From: Eledone cirrhosa
Lineage: Eukaryota
Reading direction: 5' to 3'
NCBI GenBank assembly: GCA_964016885.1
Contig: OZ024756.1
Location: 41,168,001 to 41,232,000, forward strand
Length of the DNA: 64,000 bases
Shown: piece by piece, positions 1 through 12,957 of the stretch
Layout of the letters: each line of letters begins with the position of its first letter
How positions within the stretch are numbered: the first letter of the stretch is position 1
The notes under the pieces: generated by a model
Told to the model about the DNA's origin: nothing
What the model saw: the letters and a program-made list of their open reading frames with translations, nothing else
Database searches by the model: none
Made by a program: the position numbers and the translations under genes

Positions 1-1389
1 GAATATATATATATATATATATATATATAAACACATGTTAAAACACGCGTACGACCATCTTAGGGGCAGATTTAACCCCACAAAAAATATCCTAGGTCAA
101 AATACTGGGAATTTTCTACAGGACATTAATTAATTAAGCAAATATTGACTAGACAAAACACGCAAAAAAAAAATACAAATGAAATCGGTTTTAAACTGGA
201 CCAAGTAGACTAGCCAGTGTGTATAAAATGTTTTCTTTCATCGTTACACAGGGCTTGATATATAATATATACATACAGTATATTATATATATATATACAC
301 AGGAAAGTAGCAGTCAAAAACGTAAGCATGTCTCAGAAAAGTGCAATGGCCAATGTGAAGTGTGGTCTTTATTCTGAATGAGAAGTGCCAACATGCCTTC
401 TTCCTGCCATCTGCTCTCTTCCATTCATCACACAATCGTCGTCATCATCCTCTCGACACCACACGTCTCCTTTAAACTTACTTCAACACATTTCATTATA
501 TAAAAAAAATAAAAAGGAAAAACAAAAAAATAGCTCATTGATGAGAAGGCCGACATGGTCGCTCGATCGACTTACTAGAAAGAGCAGCCAAATCACCTTT
601 CTTCCAGACAGACAGACACACGCACCTACCGTGTTAAACCAGGAAAAGACAGACTGAGCATTATTGTCCGAGATAGTCATGGTAGGAATGGCTATTAATC
701 ATAGGTCTACTCAGGACTGTGTTAGGGCTAAACAATAACTTCCTTCGACACCTTTCAGAAAATTTCAGCCTCCTCATGTACGAAAACAAAGATAGGTCAA
801 TTCGGTTTATTCTCTTTCTTTAAACAGTTTTCTTTTAAAAGACACATTTTTATATAAAACATATTTATAGATTATTAATGAATAAACTAACAAAATATTA
901 CTAGAATAAATAGAAAAATAAAACGCAAATGCTAAAAGAAAGAAAAAATCTTTATATGAATAATGAATAACATTTAGAGCAAGAGAAAGAGATTTATAAT
1001 ATACATATATATTATATATTTGCAATTAATATTTTAAAGTACGAAGTGTCTTCACGTTAAAGGTCTTTATGAGAAAGTATAAGGAGCAGAAAAAGGGTTT
1101 ATAGAACTAACCCTAAACCCTTTGTATTTCTAAAGCCCTCCAAACTTAACACAAACCGAATTAGATCGAGAAAAACTACAGAAGTGAACTTGACAACATA
1201 AAATGAATATGTAGACATATTTCTTTTTTCTTCTATTAAATCTCTATGTATTATTTCGTCGTTGACTTCCTCGAGATATAATAATTTTCTGGATCAAATA
1301 TTCGTCCATAAACCAGCTTCTTCTTCTTGCCTAAGTTGCCTTTAATTGAGAAAAGCTGTATATGTTATTGTTTAGCCCCAGGTCAGTTG

Positions 1390-1823
1390 TGGTCGTGTAA
1401 AGCCACGATCAGAGGTATAACTGCAGCTTTGATCGGTCTACCTCCTGTCCTGGTCGTGTAAAGCCACGATCAATGGTATTACTGCAGCCTTGACCAGTCT
1501 AGTTCTTGTCCTGGCTGTGTAAAGCCACGATTAGAGGTATAACAACAGCCTTGACCAGGCAACCTCTTGTCCTGGTCGTGTAAAGCCGCGATCAGAGGTA
1601 CAACACACACCATCACTGCCCAGCCTACCTCCTGTCCTGGTCATATAAAGCCACGATCAGAGGTATAACATAAGTCTTGACCAGTCTACCTCTTGTCCTG
1701 GTGGTGTAAAGCCAGGATCAGAGGTATTACTGCAGCATTAACCAGACTACCCCTTGTCATGGTCGTGTAAAGCAACGATCAAAGGTATAACACCAGTCTT
1801 GACCAGTCTAGCTCTTGTCCTGG
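1390..1823. repeat. Diverged tandem repeat, ~7 copies of ~61 bp
   Basis: tcctggtcgtgtaaagccacgatcagaggtataac...gaccagtctacctcttg. Confidence 0.9.
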
Positions 1824-1966
1824 CCGACATATCAACTCAGTCAGCAATAGAGTAAGAATTGTGAGGTGAGTGGCTGCTATTTCTAGCAAATATAATAACC
1901 ACGCAGAGACTTCCTCATATATGAGATTGTAATGGGCTTGAAGAAATATATATCTCTATCTATCTA

Positions 1967-2035
<69 letters not shown>

Positions 2036-2305
2036 CTTCAAGCCCATATATATATATGAGAACAACAATTAATGTTAAGTTGAATCGAAGAAGATATAAT
2101 ATTTTGCATCTTTCTTCTTCTGTTTAACTTCTTCCAAAAGAGAGAAATCAGTGTTCGGGCCTTCAGCTAATAACTAATCAGTCATAATTAAGATAATAAT
2201 CACTATAGTTTGAAGAGGCTGGCGATAGATTTAGTCGGCATGAACCAGTTTTAAATTATACACACATAGTCACCTATATATATTATATATATTGTTCCGT
2301 ACATA

Positions 2306-2339
<34 letters not shown>

Positions 2340-2350
2340 AATTCTGCTCC

Positions 2351-2403
<53 letters not shown>

Positions 2404-2408
<5 letters not shown>

Positions 2409-2509
2409 GGTGTCCCCTAAAGATGTATACATACTTTGATTACCTGTACAGGCAATATTTATTAGAATGCTGTTGAAGTATGTATACATTTTTTTGTGGA
2501 CACCCTGTA
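2404..2509. mobile_element. Tc1/mariner-type MITE
   Basis: TA-CAGGGTGTCC...GGACACCCTG-TA terminal inverted repeats; a partial inverted copy at ~19712-19797. Confidence 0.8.
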
Positions 2510-2525
2510 TATATCTATCTATATC

Positions 2526-2567
<42 letters not shown>

Positions 2568-2812
2568 TGGTTGGTCATAAAACGGCAGGCAGGCAAATAA
2601 ACAGCAAGCAGACCAAATCAGATGGCGAGGATTCGATGAAGCAAGCAAAGCAAGCAGCAGCTAGCTTGACTAGAACGAGAAACAGTGGAGAGGAATGAAA
2701 ATGTTTCTTGGAGTGCAGACACAGAGTTGAGTGTGGAGAGGAGAGACAGACTGGAGAAGAAAAGAAATGTTGTTTTTTTTTCCTCCAAAACAAAATGTAA
2801 CACGGTGCTTAC

Positions 2813-2900
2813 CTTAGTTGGTCACGGCATTATTATTACCAACAACGAGAGCGACTGTATCGTACGATCTCGCTTCTTCAACGGCCGCCATATTTAAATT
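2813..2900 (-). other. Probable 5' (non-coding/uORF) first exon of a gene continuing off the left edge
   Basis: CpG-rich island in AT-rich DNA; YY1-type AATATGGCGGC motif; 25-aa ORF 2891-2814 followed by AAG|GTAAGC donor at 2812. Confidence 0.5.
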
Positions 2901-2949
2901 AGGGTCTTTTTAGAGTTTATTTTGTAGACAGATGTTAGGAGTGAGGTAG

Positions 2950-4090
2950 GATGAGGGGGAGATAAAGACAGACACATAGATTGCGAGAGAGTTAGAGAGA
3001 TAGATAGATAGAGACAGACACATAGATTGAGAGAGAGAGTTAGAGAGACACACATAGATTGAGAGAGAGAGAGTTAGAGAGACAGACACATAGATTGAGA
3101 GATAGATAGAGAGAGAGACAGACACATAGATTGAGAGATAAATAGATAGAGACAGACACATAGATTGATAGATAGATAGAGAGAGAGACAGACACATAGA
3201 TTGAGAGAGAGTTAGATTAAGATAGAGATGACACATAAATTGAGAGAGTTAGATTGAGAGAGAGATAGACACATAGATTGAGAGAGTTAGATAGATAGAT
3301 AGACACACAGATATATATAGAGAGAGTTAGATAGACAGACAGCTAGAAAGTTAGATAGACTAATAGATTGAGAGAGAGAGAGAGAGTTAGATAGATTGAG
3401 AGATAGATAGAGAGAAAATGAAAACGTGAATGATAGATAGATGGAAAGAAAGACACACGCAAAGGCGGAAGATGTGAAGGGGAGATAGAAAGACAGAGAG
3501 AGGGAAAATATGAAGACGTGATAGATAGAAAAAAAGAAAGGTAGAGAGTGAAAAGGTGGAAGGGGGAGATATAAAAAGAAAATAGACACGCATAGGCGGA
3601 AGACGTGAGGGGGAGATTGAAGATGTGAGGAGGTGGTGGGGACAATAGAGGGAAAGAAAGACAAAGACTGAAGAAAGGCAGAGAAAGAGGAGGGGTAGAA
3701 AAAGAGAGAGAGAAACTGAAGGCGAGAGGGAGGAAGATGGAGAAAGACAAAGACAGGAGTAAAGAGGAGGGGGAAGAAAAAAAGACAAGAATGTGGAGGC
3801 GGAGGGAGAGAAAAATAGAAAGAGACAAAGACAGAAGGAGAGAAATAGAGATAAAGAAGGCGGGAGAGAGACAGACAGATAAAGAAGGCGGGAATAAGAA
3901 AGATAAAGAAGAAGGCGGGAGTGAGGAGGAGGGAGAGATAGAAAGAAAAACAGAACTACAAGAAGAGGTTGAAGATGGGAGGAAGAAGGAGCTTATCGGA
4001 CTTTTAAAGATGAGAAAGTGAGGGAGAGAGATAGAGAGGAAGGAAGGAAGGTTCTTGAAAGAAGAAGAAGAAAAGATTAAGAGGAAACTA
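2950..4090. repeat. Purine-rich simple repeat tract (GA/GATA)
   Basis: Compound (GA)n/(GATA)n with a gacacatagattga motif. Confidence 0.85.
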
Positions 4091-6046
4091 GAAGAATCAA
4101 TTCGGACATTTAAGAAGAAATCACCCGGCTAAAAGATTATTTAAAAGCGAACAGAAGAGAATGCATAGTGAACTTAAAAAGAAATTTGGTGGATAACAAA
4201 AGATAAGTTAATAAAGGAAGGAAATTAAATATATATATTTCACTTCGGAAGCAAAAAGAACGATAGATAAGAATTTACCAAAAACTCAATCAATGTTATT
4301 ATCTTAAAGTCAGTTTAATATTAATATGTCAGTTTTAGCTTCATCAAGAATTAATTAAAAATTTCTATCAATTTTAACAATCCGATCATTTGAGTAATCT
4401 TACATTTCGTTCCTATATTTTTCATTTAAAAAAAATAATTTACTCTTCGCATACATCAAGAATTTATATTGATAAATAACCTTTCAATATAATTTATGAA
4501 TTTTCTCTCGTAATCTGAGAAAATAAATCAAGGAAAAATATATATTTGGTTTGATTCTGGGAGCTGATTGTAAACTTCAGAAAGTGCATTATAAATTATT
4601 TCCTTCCTTCGTTCGCCTTCACTTTCTGTCTAATAAAAAGCAGCCTTTTTGCTATTTTCTTATTTCCATGTCAGCTATTCCTATATAGAAACCAACGCCA
4701 ACAGTTTTATAGAGCGCCGTATTATTTACTTAGATTCGTGAAAAATGTTCCTGTAGTGTCCCGCTATCGTAAAGTTTAGTTGTTTCGAAAAGTTTTCCTC
4801 TTCCAAGTGATAGTTAATCACCGACCACACACGCACCTGTGCTGCAATCAATGCTTCACGAACAGATAATAATAGTATATACCGGTCTGGAACGTATAGT
4901 CGACCTCCTTTAAAAGCACGATCTATTATAATCGTATAGTTTGGCTTGCTATCGACAAATCAATTACAATCTCTTCTACCTTAGCTTATATGTCAAATGA
5001 CTAACCTCTAAAATACAGAAATACATATATCACAAAGCAAATAACATGTTTCGAGATGAACAAACTGATAAAAAATCCTTCACCTAATCCAGACAAAAAC
5101 TAATATTTTCTAGGGTTTTTTTCCTATTATTTAAGGAAATACTTCATCTTTATCCGAAATAAAATAAATAGTATTTTTTCACCCCTTTTCTATAAACTGT
5201 CTTCTCATTTGGCGCCCAGTTTTCAAAACCTCTTTCAGGGTCATTTATTTGTTCGGTTAAACATTACTTGAATATCTTTGTACTTTTAGCTTTCGGTTAT
5301 TTCCTTTCTACATGTTTAAAGAATTTATTAATTATATTTGTTTGACTACGAAAGTAAAAATGTCGTATTCACATTTATATATCACTAATTTATTAATTTC
5401 TTTCTTTTTTCTTTCTTCCATCCTTTTTTTCATCGATCTCCCAGGTTTTTATCGGCATAAAATAAATATTAGCAGTCACTGTATGAACAGCAACATATTT
5501 CTTAAGCTATTGTATTGATATTCTCGCCAGCACACAGACACATAATATAATATAATATAATATTATATTATATTATATATATATTTAGTCTTTCGTTGTT
5601 ATCATTTTAGTTTAATATATAAAAATATGATATTTTTATATATTTCCCAGAGGAAAGAAAGGGTATCTTGATACTCAAAGAAATAACGATTTATTATAAT
5701 TATAATAATAATTACATTCAAGAACAGACGGCAATCGATGAATTATGATAAGGAAAATGAAAAGAGGCGGAGGGAGAGGCGAGAGGAAAAAAGAAAAGGA
5801 AATTTCAACAGAATTCACTGCACATATGTGCAGTATCGCTGCATATATGTGAACTGTATCTAAACTTACGAGAGTAATTGTTGTTATCTTGTCCCAATGT
5901 CATTTCATTTAGTTACTGTTTTGTACCTAAAATTATTTCAATCCATTCATTGTAACGTGTATCGTATATATACAATAAACGACGACTCTGCTTTCGTGCT
6001 TCTATTAAATGCACTGATCAATATTTTTACCGTATCACTATACAAC

Positions 6047-6079
<33 letters not shown>

Positions 6080-7523
6080 CGCATGTGTATGTTAGTATTT
6101 TTTTTTTCAATAAATTTATATTTATATAATTCTAGACAATATATCGTTGTACTATATACAATTCTTGAACGATAAATAAACTTTGATTAAACTTTTATTG
6201 TTTTATCTTATTATTATTTATTATTTTTTTAGCTTGAAACAATTTGGTGAAATTATTAATATCTTACCATTTTTTTTTTTTTAAATAAAAGACATTTCAT
6301 TTTCAAACTTACTCAGCAATATAATTCTTCATCTGTGCTACTCCATAAAAAATGTATTGACCGAATTTTGACATTCACTCGTATATAGTTGGCGGCAAGT
6401 TTTAATGCTCTCTTAGACGTATTAGATGGTATTCTACATATTTGGAAAAGAAATAGACACACACATATATATATATATATATATTCAAAGTTGTGTGTGT
6501 GTGTGTATGTATATAGAAATATATATATATATCTGTATCAATATATAAATATATATGCGTGTGTATCAATATATAGCTATGTATATATATATATTATGTA
6601 TTTATACACTCATATGTTTATTATCATTTAACGTCCGTTTTCTCTGTAGGCAAGGGCTGGTACCTAAAATTCCTGCAGACCTATAAACGAAGGCTTTTCT
6701 ACAATGACTGCCCCATTGTATATTTAAACATTCAGTAAGTGGCATGGTTTCAACAGTAAGATACCCTTCCTATCACCAATCTCTCTGCAGAGTGAACTAG
6801 GTGCATTTTATTGTGCCACCAGTACTAGAGAGGTTGTCTTCTCCTATATCAAGACTAAAGAGTCTTTCTTCTCTGTTCTTTGTTATCTCCCTTGATTAAG
6901 AGAATGATGACAGAGCTATTGTAGAGGGTGGGGGAGAGAGAAGGTATGATAGGATTGGAAATGGAGCTGGTAATAGTCAGCTATATGTTGGTTGTTAGTA
7001 AGGAGATTGAAGAGTATAACAGAGTGGTGGGAGTGATAGGAGGAGATGATGGAAGAGAGGGAGAATGATAAAGAGCAATCGTAAGTGAATGATGGCCGTC
7101 AATAAGGATTGATATAGGAGTAGGGGACTGATAGCTAGCAGAAAAGTGGGATGATGGTAATGGTATTGAATATAGACAGATCCAATGCATTTCCTTGTTA
7201 CACAGGTGCTGTGAATGTTAGACATAAAGGTGAGAAGGCAGTAGATGAATTCTCAAGAACATATTGAGTGAAAGATCCAGTTTAGGTATTATATGTCGCA
7301 GCCTCCATCACCTCTATCTATAAAACATGTTTTAATGCTTGCAAGACTGGAGGTCAGGGGAGTTGAGGGTTTCTTTTCTAGCACCATGTGTCACTAATCA
7401 CAGATCTTTGTCAAGAAGGTTCAACTTCTAAAGATTAATCTTTAACACCTTAGTCCCAGGTCTTCCTCCACAGGCTCAATCCTCTACAAATGCATGTATT
7501 TCTTTATATAACTGACATCTTCC

Positions 7524-7615
7524 ATTATTTAATATAGAAATGGCTTCTACAGGACTAGACCTGTTTCATTCATATGAAATCATGTCCTGTAGGAGCCATT
7601 TCTATATTAAATAAT
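7524..7615. repeat. Inverted repeat, 32-bp arms, with hammerhead remnant
   Basis: 7524-7555 versus 7584-7615, one mismatch. Confidence 0.9.
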
Positions 7616-9993
7616 TGTTTCTACTTTTGGCACACAGCCAGCAATTATCACAGTGCATTACTGGTACTTTATATATATATATAGGAAAAGAGTCAGGACC
7701 TCGATGGCTGAGCTCCAGTTGTTTCGACAGCTAGATGTGACCAGTATATATATGCATTATTTTATTCTATTCTATTTTTTATTTATATATATATTTTAAA
7801 GATATTTTTAATGCTAAGTTGAATGGTTCCGAGAAGTTAAGTATTTATATTATATACATTCTTGGAGCACAAGTTCAACACCTGGATTTATTTTCTAGTA
7901 CTAACCAAAATAATTATTTTGTTTTTAGACTGTGTTGAGAAGGAAGAGTTATATTCCTTGAAATGCACTGCAGTGCCATAAACTGGAATTTTCCCCAAAA
8001 TTTTAATTATCTGACATATTACCAGCTTCAGATGAGTCTAAATATAGGAATAGTTGTATATTATGGTTTAATGTCAATAGCAGAGCAATGAATGGAAAGC
8101 TTTATTCATATTTTTTTTCTTTTTGGTAGTTAGGATGAAGAAGGAAGGTTTTTTATTGTTATAAAAACTATGTAATATTCATCAGTTGCAATACAAATAC
8201 ACTCCCATAAATTATTCATACTGAAATATAAAGCTAAGTGAATCTATATATAACACTGAAGCATAACCTGGATATCAGACTGAAAAATAATTTCCACAAG
8301 AATGGGAATGGAACAAGTTTGGATATCTGTATTGGGATGAACATTAATTTTCTCTTTATTTTTCTGAGTTTGTGTTTAATACTGGAGTTTATTTTATTCT
8401 TATTCTACCATTTTCTTCACTTGTATACCAGACATAACATTATCTAATGTTCCTTTGAAAATAGAGTGAAGTGATTTGAAGAACTGTTATTTCAATACAG
8501 GACATAGCATTATCTAATGTTCCTTTGACAATAGAGTGAAGTAATTTACACTGGAATGAATGGTATCAACCTAAAAATACCAAAACCATAGTGATTTCCA
8601 GAGGTTGACTGAGGAGATGGGACTGTTGGTTTTTCCATTTTTTCTCATTGTCTTTGTCCTGTGCACACACTATTTTGAATATATATACACACACACACAT
8701 AGTCAGGCCCATTGCTACTGGTCAGATCATACTGGTTGGACACTATCAAAGAGTTGTCTCCTCTTTGTTCTAGCTCCATTGTTTATTTTTTTCCCTCCAT
8801 TTCTTTGATGACAGGCCTACGTCTGAAAAAGTCAAGAAATTGCTATTGTTTATCACATTTTTATTTGATAAATAAATATTGACCGATTTGAATGTCATTC
8901 ATCATCCCCCCCCCCCCCTGTATTATTTTCTCTAACTTCTTTCGTCACCTTTCTTTTTCTTCGTCATGTTTGTTTTCTTCTCCATCATCTTCTACCCATG
9001 GCAGGAATGATGACATTTTAATCAGTTTTAATCACTTTTTTTGTTGTTTTGGCCTTTTTCTATTCACCCCCTACGCCACTCCTACATATAACATGTTGCT
9101 AACAGAATACTAAACTTGTGTAAAAGGTCAAAGAAGATCAATAAACTCTGATATTTTTTTTATTTATTGATGAATTAAAATATAAAATGAAAGAATATTT
9201 ATCTTAACACACAAACACACACACATATATTTCAATATTTAGAAAATGAGAAATTCATACAATTACACCCGTCTCCATATGGAAGTGAAATTTATGTTTT
9301 TTTCTAAGGTTTTTTTTTTTATATGAAGCAGAAGATTTTTTTTTTACAATGTGGTCAACATTTGAATGTATTGTTCACAACTAAATATAATAACCCAAGT
9401 CCACAAATGTTGGTGGAATAATATAGAACTTGACAGGTCCTTATTTCATAGAGTAATCAGCAGATTTATAGAACATACTTCAAATGTATAGAACATAAAC
9501 TTTGACAAGATAATTACTGTGTAAAGGAAAATCTTTTTCTTCTTTTCCCACTTATTCCTGGGAGGTTTGCAGGGGAACAGAATCCTCAAACACTCCTTCT
9601 AGTTCATCCTGTCAGAAGCAACAGTCTCCAACAGATTCTTCTGGATCCCCAAGCAAAACTCAAAGAAAAAATTTCTTCATCCAACTATAAAGATGAAAAT
9701 TTATCAATAAAGAATATTATTTATTCTCCAAGACCATTGTTGTAAACAATAGTGACAAAACAACAACAACAACAAAACAATACAGTAGAGCATTAGACAT
9801 CATGCTTCACAGCATAGAGTTATGACCCTTTATGTTCTGAGTTCAAATCCCGCCGAAGTTAACTTCTTATGGGGTTAACTCCTTATGGGGTCGATAAAAT
9901 AAAGTACCAGTAATGCAGTGGAGTCAATTTAATTGATTTTTTCCCTCTCCCCAAAATTGCTGACATTGTACCTATAGTAGAAATCATTATTTT

Positions 9994-10187
9994 AAGGGCG
10001 GTGGATTGGCAGTATCGGTAGAGAGTCGGACACCATGCTTTGACGCATAGAGTTACGGCCCTTGCCATTCTGAGTTCAAATCCCGCCGAGGTTAACTTTG
10101 CCTTTCATCCTTACGGGGTCGATAAAATAAAGTACCAGTAATGTACTGGATAATTGCGGCCTTGTGCCTAAAATAGAAACAATTATT
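9994..10187 (+). mobile_element. tRNA-derived SINE (dominant family in the window)
   Basis: A box TGGCAGTATCGG, B box GAGTTCAAATCC, central gcctttcatccttacggggtcgataaaataaagtaccag (Meta/MESC-like, from recall), (ATT) tail. Other copies near 9.8k, 21.75k, 23.6-23.9k, 24.83k, 28.0k, 29.1k, 31.23k, 33.66k, 36.4k, 41.1k, 47.95k, 51.16-51.45k, 53.55k, 55.1k and 59.35k. Confidence 0.85.
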
Positions 10188-10313
10188 ACATTATTTTAAA
10201 AAAAAATCAAAAAATCTTTTCATTTGTCCACTGCAGTTTATTAAGATGCGACTTGAAACAACACATGGTCAGACACAAGAAACAAAGATTATTGACTGAA
10301 TATTACAGGAAAT

Positions 10314-10428
10314 TTACATCAAACGAGTGCTGATATAACAGGTGCACATGAACTCTTCACCGTTATTGTACACATATTGACAGCTGGTGCAACGGGAGCG
10401 AAATTTCAACAAATTGGTCTCATCTTTT
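10314..10428 (-). CDS. J-protein terminal coding exon
   Basis: cttttag acceptor; [37 protein letters not shown]-stop; AATAAA about 70 nt downstream. Confidence 0.75.
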
Positions 10429-11149
10429 CTAAAAGATACAAAAATATAAATACAAATATATTTATATTCCAAGATAAATATTAAACAACATAAAAGATAG
10501 CAGTGTTAATCTCATCCAAATAATTTTATTAAGGTTCTCTGGTGGAGAAAGGGTGGATAGGTTCTCTGATGGAGAGTGGGGGAGGTAGGTTTTCTGGTGG
10601 AGAGGGCTTGGATAGTTTCTCTGATGGTGATGGTGGTGGTTGGGGTGGGGTGGGAGTTTGGTGAATAGGTTCTCTTTAGGAGCTTAATACATATTTCGAT
10701 CTTCTGAATCTAGTCAGTGCAATGCCAAACTCAAGATTATTTATTAGAATAAAGACAGTTTTTAATTGACAGAGAGTGTGGGGGGGGGGGGGGGAGAAAT
10801 GATAATAAATGTAGCTAGAATTTTTGTTTTAATATATATAAAAGAAAATTAAAATTCAAAAAAGGAAAGCTTACCTTCTATATAAGTTGGAATTTCTGGC
10901 CAAAATATTGTTTATTCTTTGTATTAATATTGATGGTACACATGTTTCTGGAATACATTCTGAAAATAGAATTATATATCTCTATCTCTATCTATCATAA
11001 TATATATATATATGATATGTTTATATATATATATATATGATATGTTTATATATATATATATATATATATGATATGTTTATATATATATATATATATATGA
11101 TATGTTTATATATATATATATATGATATGTTTATATATATATATGATAT

Positions 11150-11186
<37 letters not shown>

Positions 11187-11406
11187 ATGAGATATATATG
11201 TATATATATATATATATATGATATGAGATATATATATATATATATAAATATATATATGAGATATATATGATAGATATAAATATATATATGAGATATATAT
11301 ATATATATATGATATATATATATATATGATATATATATATATATGATATATATATGATATATATATATGATATATATGATAGATATATATGATATATATA
11401 TATATA

Positions 11407-11445
<39 letters not shown>

Positions 11446-11590
11446 ATATATATATATATATATGATATATATATATATATATATATATGATATATATATA
11501 TATATATATATGATATATATATATATATATATATGATATATATGTATATATGATATATATATATATATATATATGATATATATGTATATA

Positions 11591-11628
<38 letters not shown>

Positions 11629-12221
11629 TATATAATATTATTCAAAATATTATCATAATCAAAATATATATTCTATTATACATATTTCAAAGGTACAATG
11701 GTGTTTAAGTACGTTTTCATCAGATAAAATATGTAAGAGATTGGATATGTGACATACTGCTACAGTTTTGATTATTCAATTCCAATAGTGGAATTGAATA
11801 ATCAAAACTGTAGCAGTATGTCACATATCCAATCTCTTACATATTTTATAATGATGAAAACGTACTTAAACACCATTGTACCTTTGAAATATGTATAATA
11901 GAATATATATTTTGATTATGATAATATTTTTCATTTATTAATATTTTGAATAATATTAAATATTCCAGGAAAATTTTCTGTCGAGTACTTCTAATCTATT
12001 GTAAAACTATATTCGTTGAATAATTAACGAATCATATAAACTTTGGTCATTTCTATATATATAAATATATATGATATGATATTTATATATATATATATAT
12101 ATATAGTAATAATAATAAATTTGAAGACTAAAATCCAAAGAGGGCTCGATAAGGATAAATATATATCAAATATATAAGAACCGTAGAGCAAATATTTATT
12201 AATCTGGTATTTTAATAAATA

Positions 12222-12311
<90 letters not shown>

Positions 12312-12905
12312 TCACAGAGGTCAACAAAGTCATCAGACATTGGGAAAACAGAGCAACACAGACAAAAAAAAAAGAAAGAAACATCACTTCCTCAGCCATC
12401 TCTGGAGGTCATTGCAATTTTGACACTAAGGATAGGATTGCTATTACCAGTGTGGCAGTGGCTATAATGAAACACCCACTAGGCAATAAAAGAAATAAAA
12501 CGAAATGACATAATACATATTAGGGTCTTTCGACCATAGTAACAACATATGTGGAAACAAATGTAAAAACATGCTGAAAACAAAACAGTAAAATAGTTTC
12601 TTCGACTTCAAAGAATACAAGAGAAGCAGGACAATACACAATTGTGTGCAGAACTAACACTATATACTACACAAACATGTATGTGTGTGTATCTAAGTGT
12701 ATGTGTGTATATCTGTGTGTATCTAAGTGTATGTGTGTATATCTAAGTGTATGTGTGTATCTAAGGGTATGTGTGTATCTGTGTGTATGTGTGTATCTCT
12801 GTGCATGTGTGTGTTAGTTATCTAAGTGTATGTGTGTATCTGTGTGTTTGTGTATCTATGTGTATGTGTGTATCTGTGTGTGTATATGTACCTCTGCATG
12901 TATGC

Positions 12906-12957
<52 letters not shown>

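Noticed and set aside
3287-4021. Long Leu/Ser-rich and Glu/Lys-rich ORFs
   Set aside because: Translations of the GA-rich simple repeat.
5400-8160. Plus-strand spliced gene suggested by acceptor-like sites at ~5444, 5650 and 7928
   Set aside because: No consistent donors or open reading frame; it cannot be supported from sequence alone.
9994-10095. tRNA genes at A/B-box sequences
   Set aside because: They are SINE heads: no cloverleaf, and each is followed by the shared SINE body and tail.
11037-11645. YI/HT/CV-repeat ORFs here and at 22-23k, 41.6-43k and 62.4-63k
   Set aside because: Microsatellite translations.
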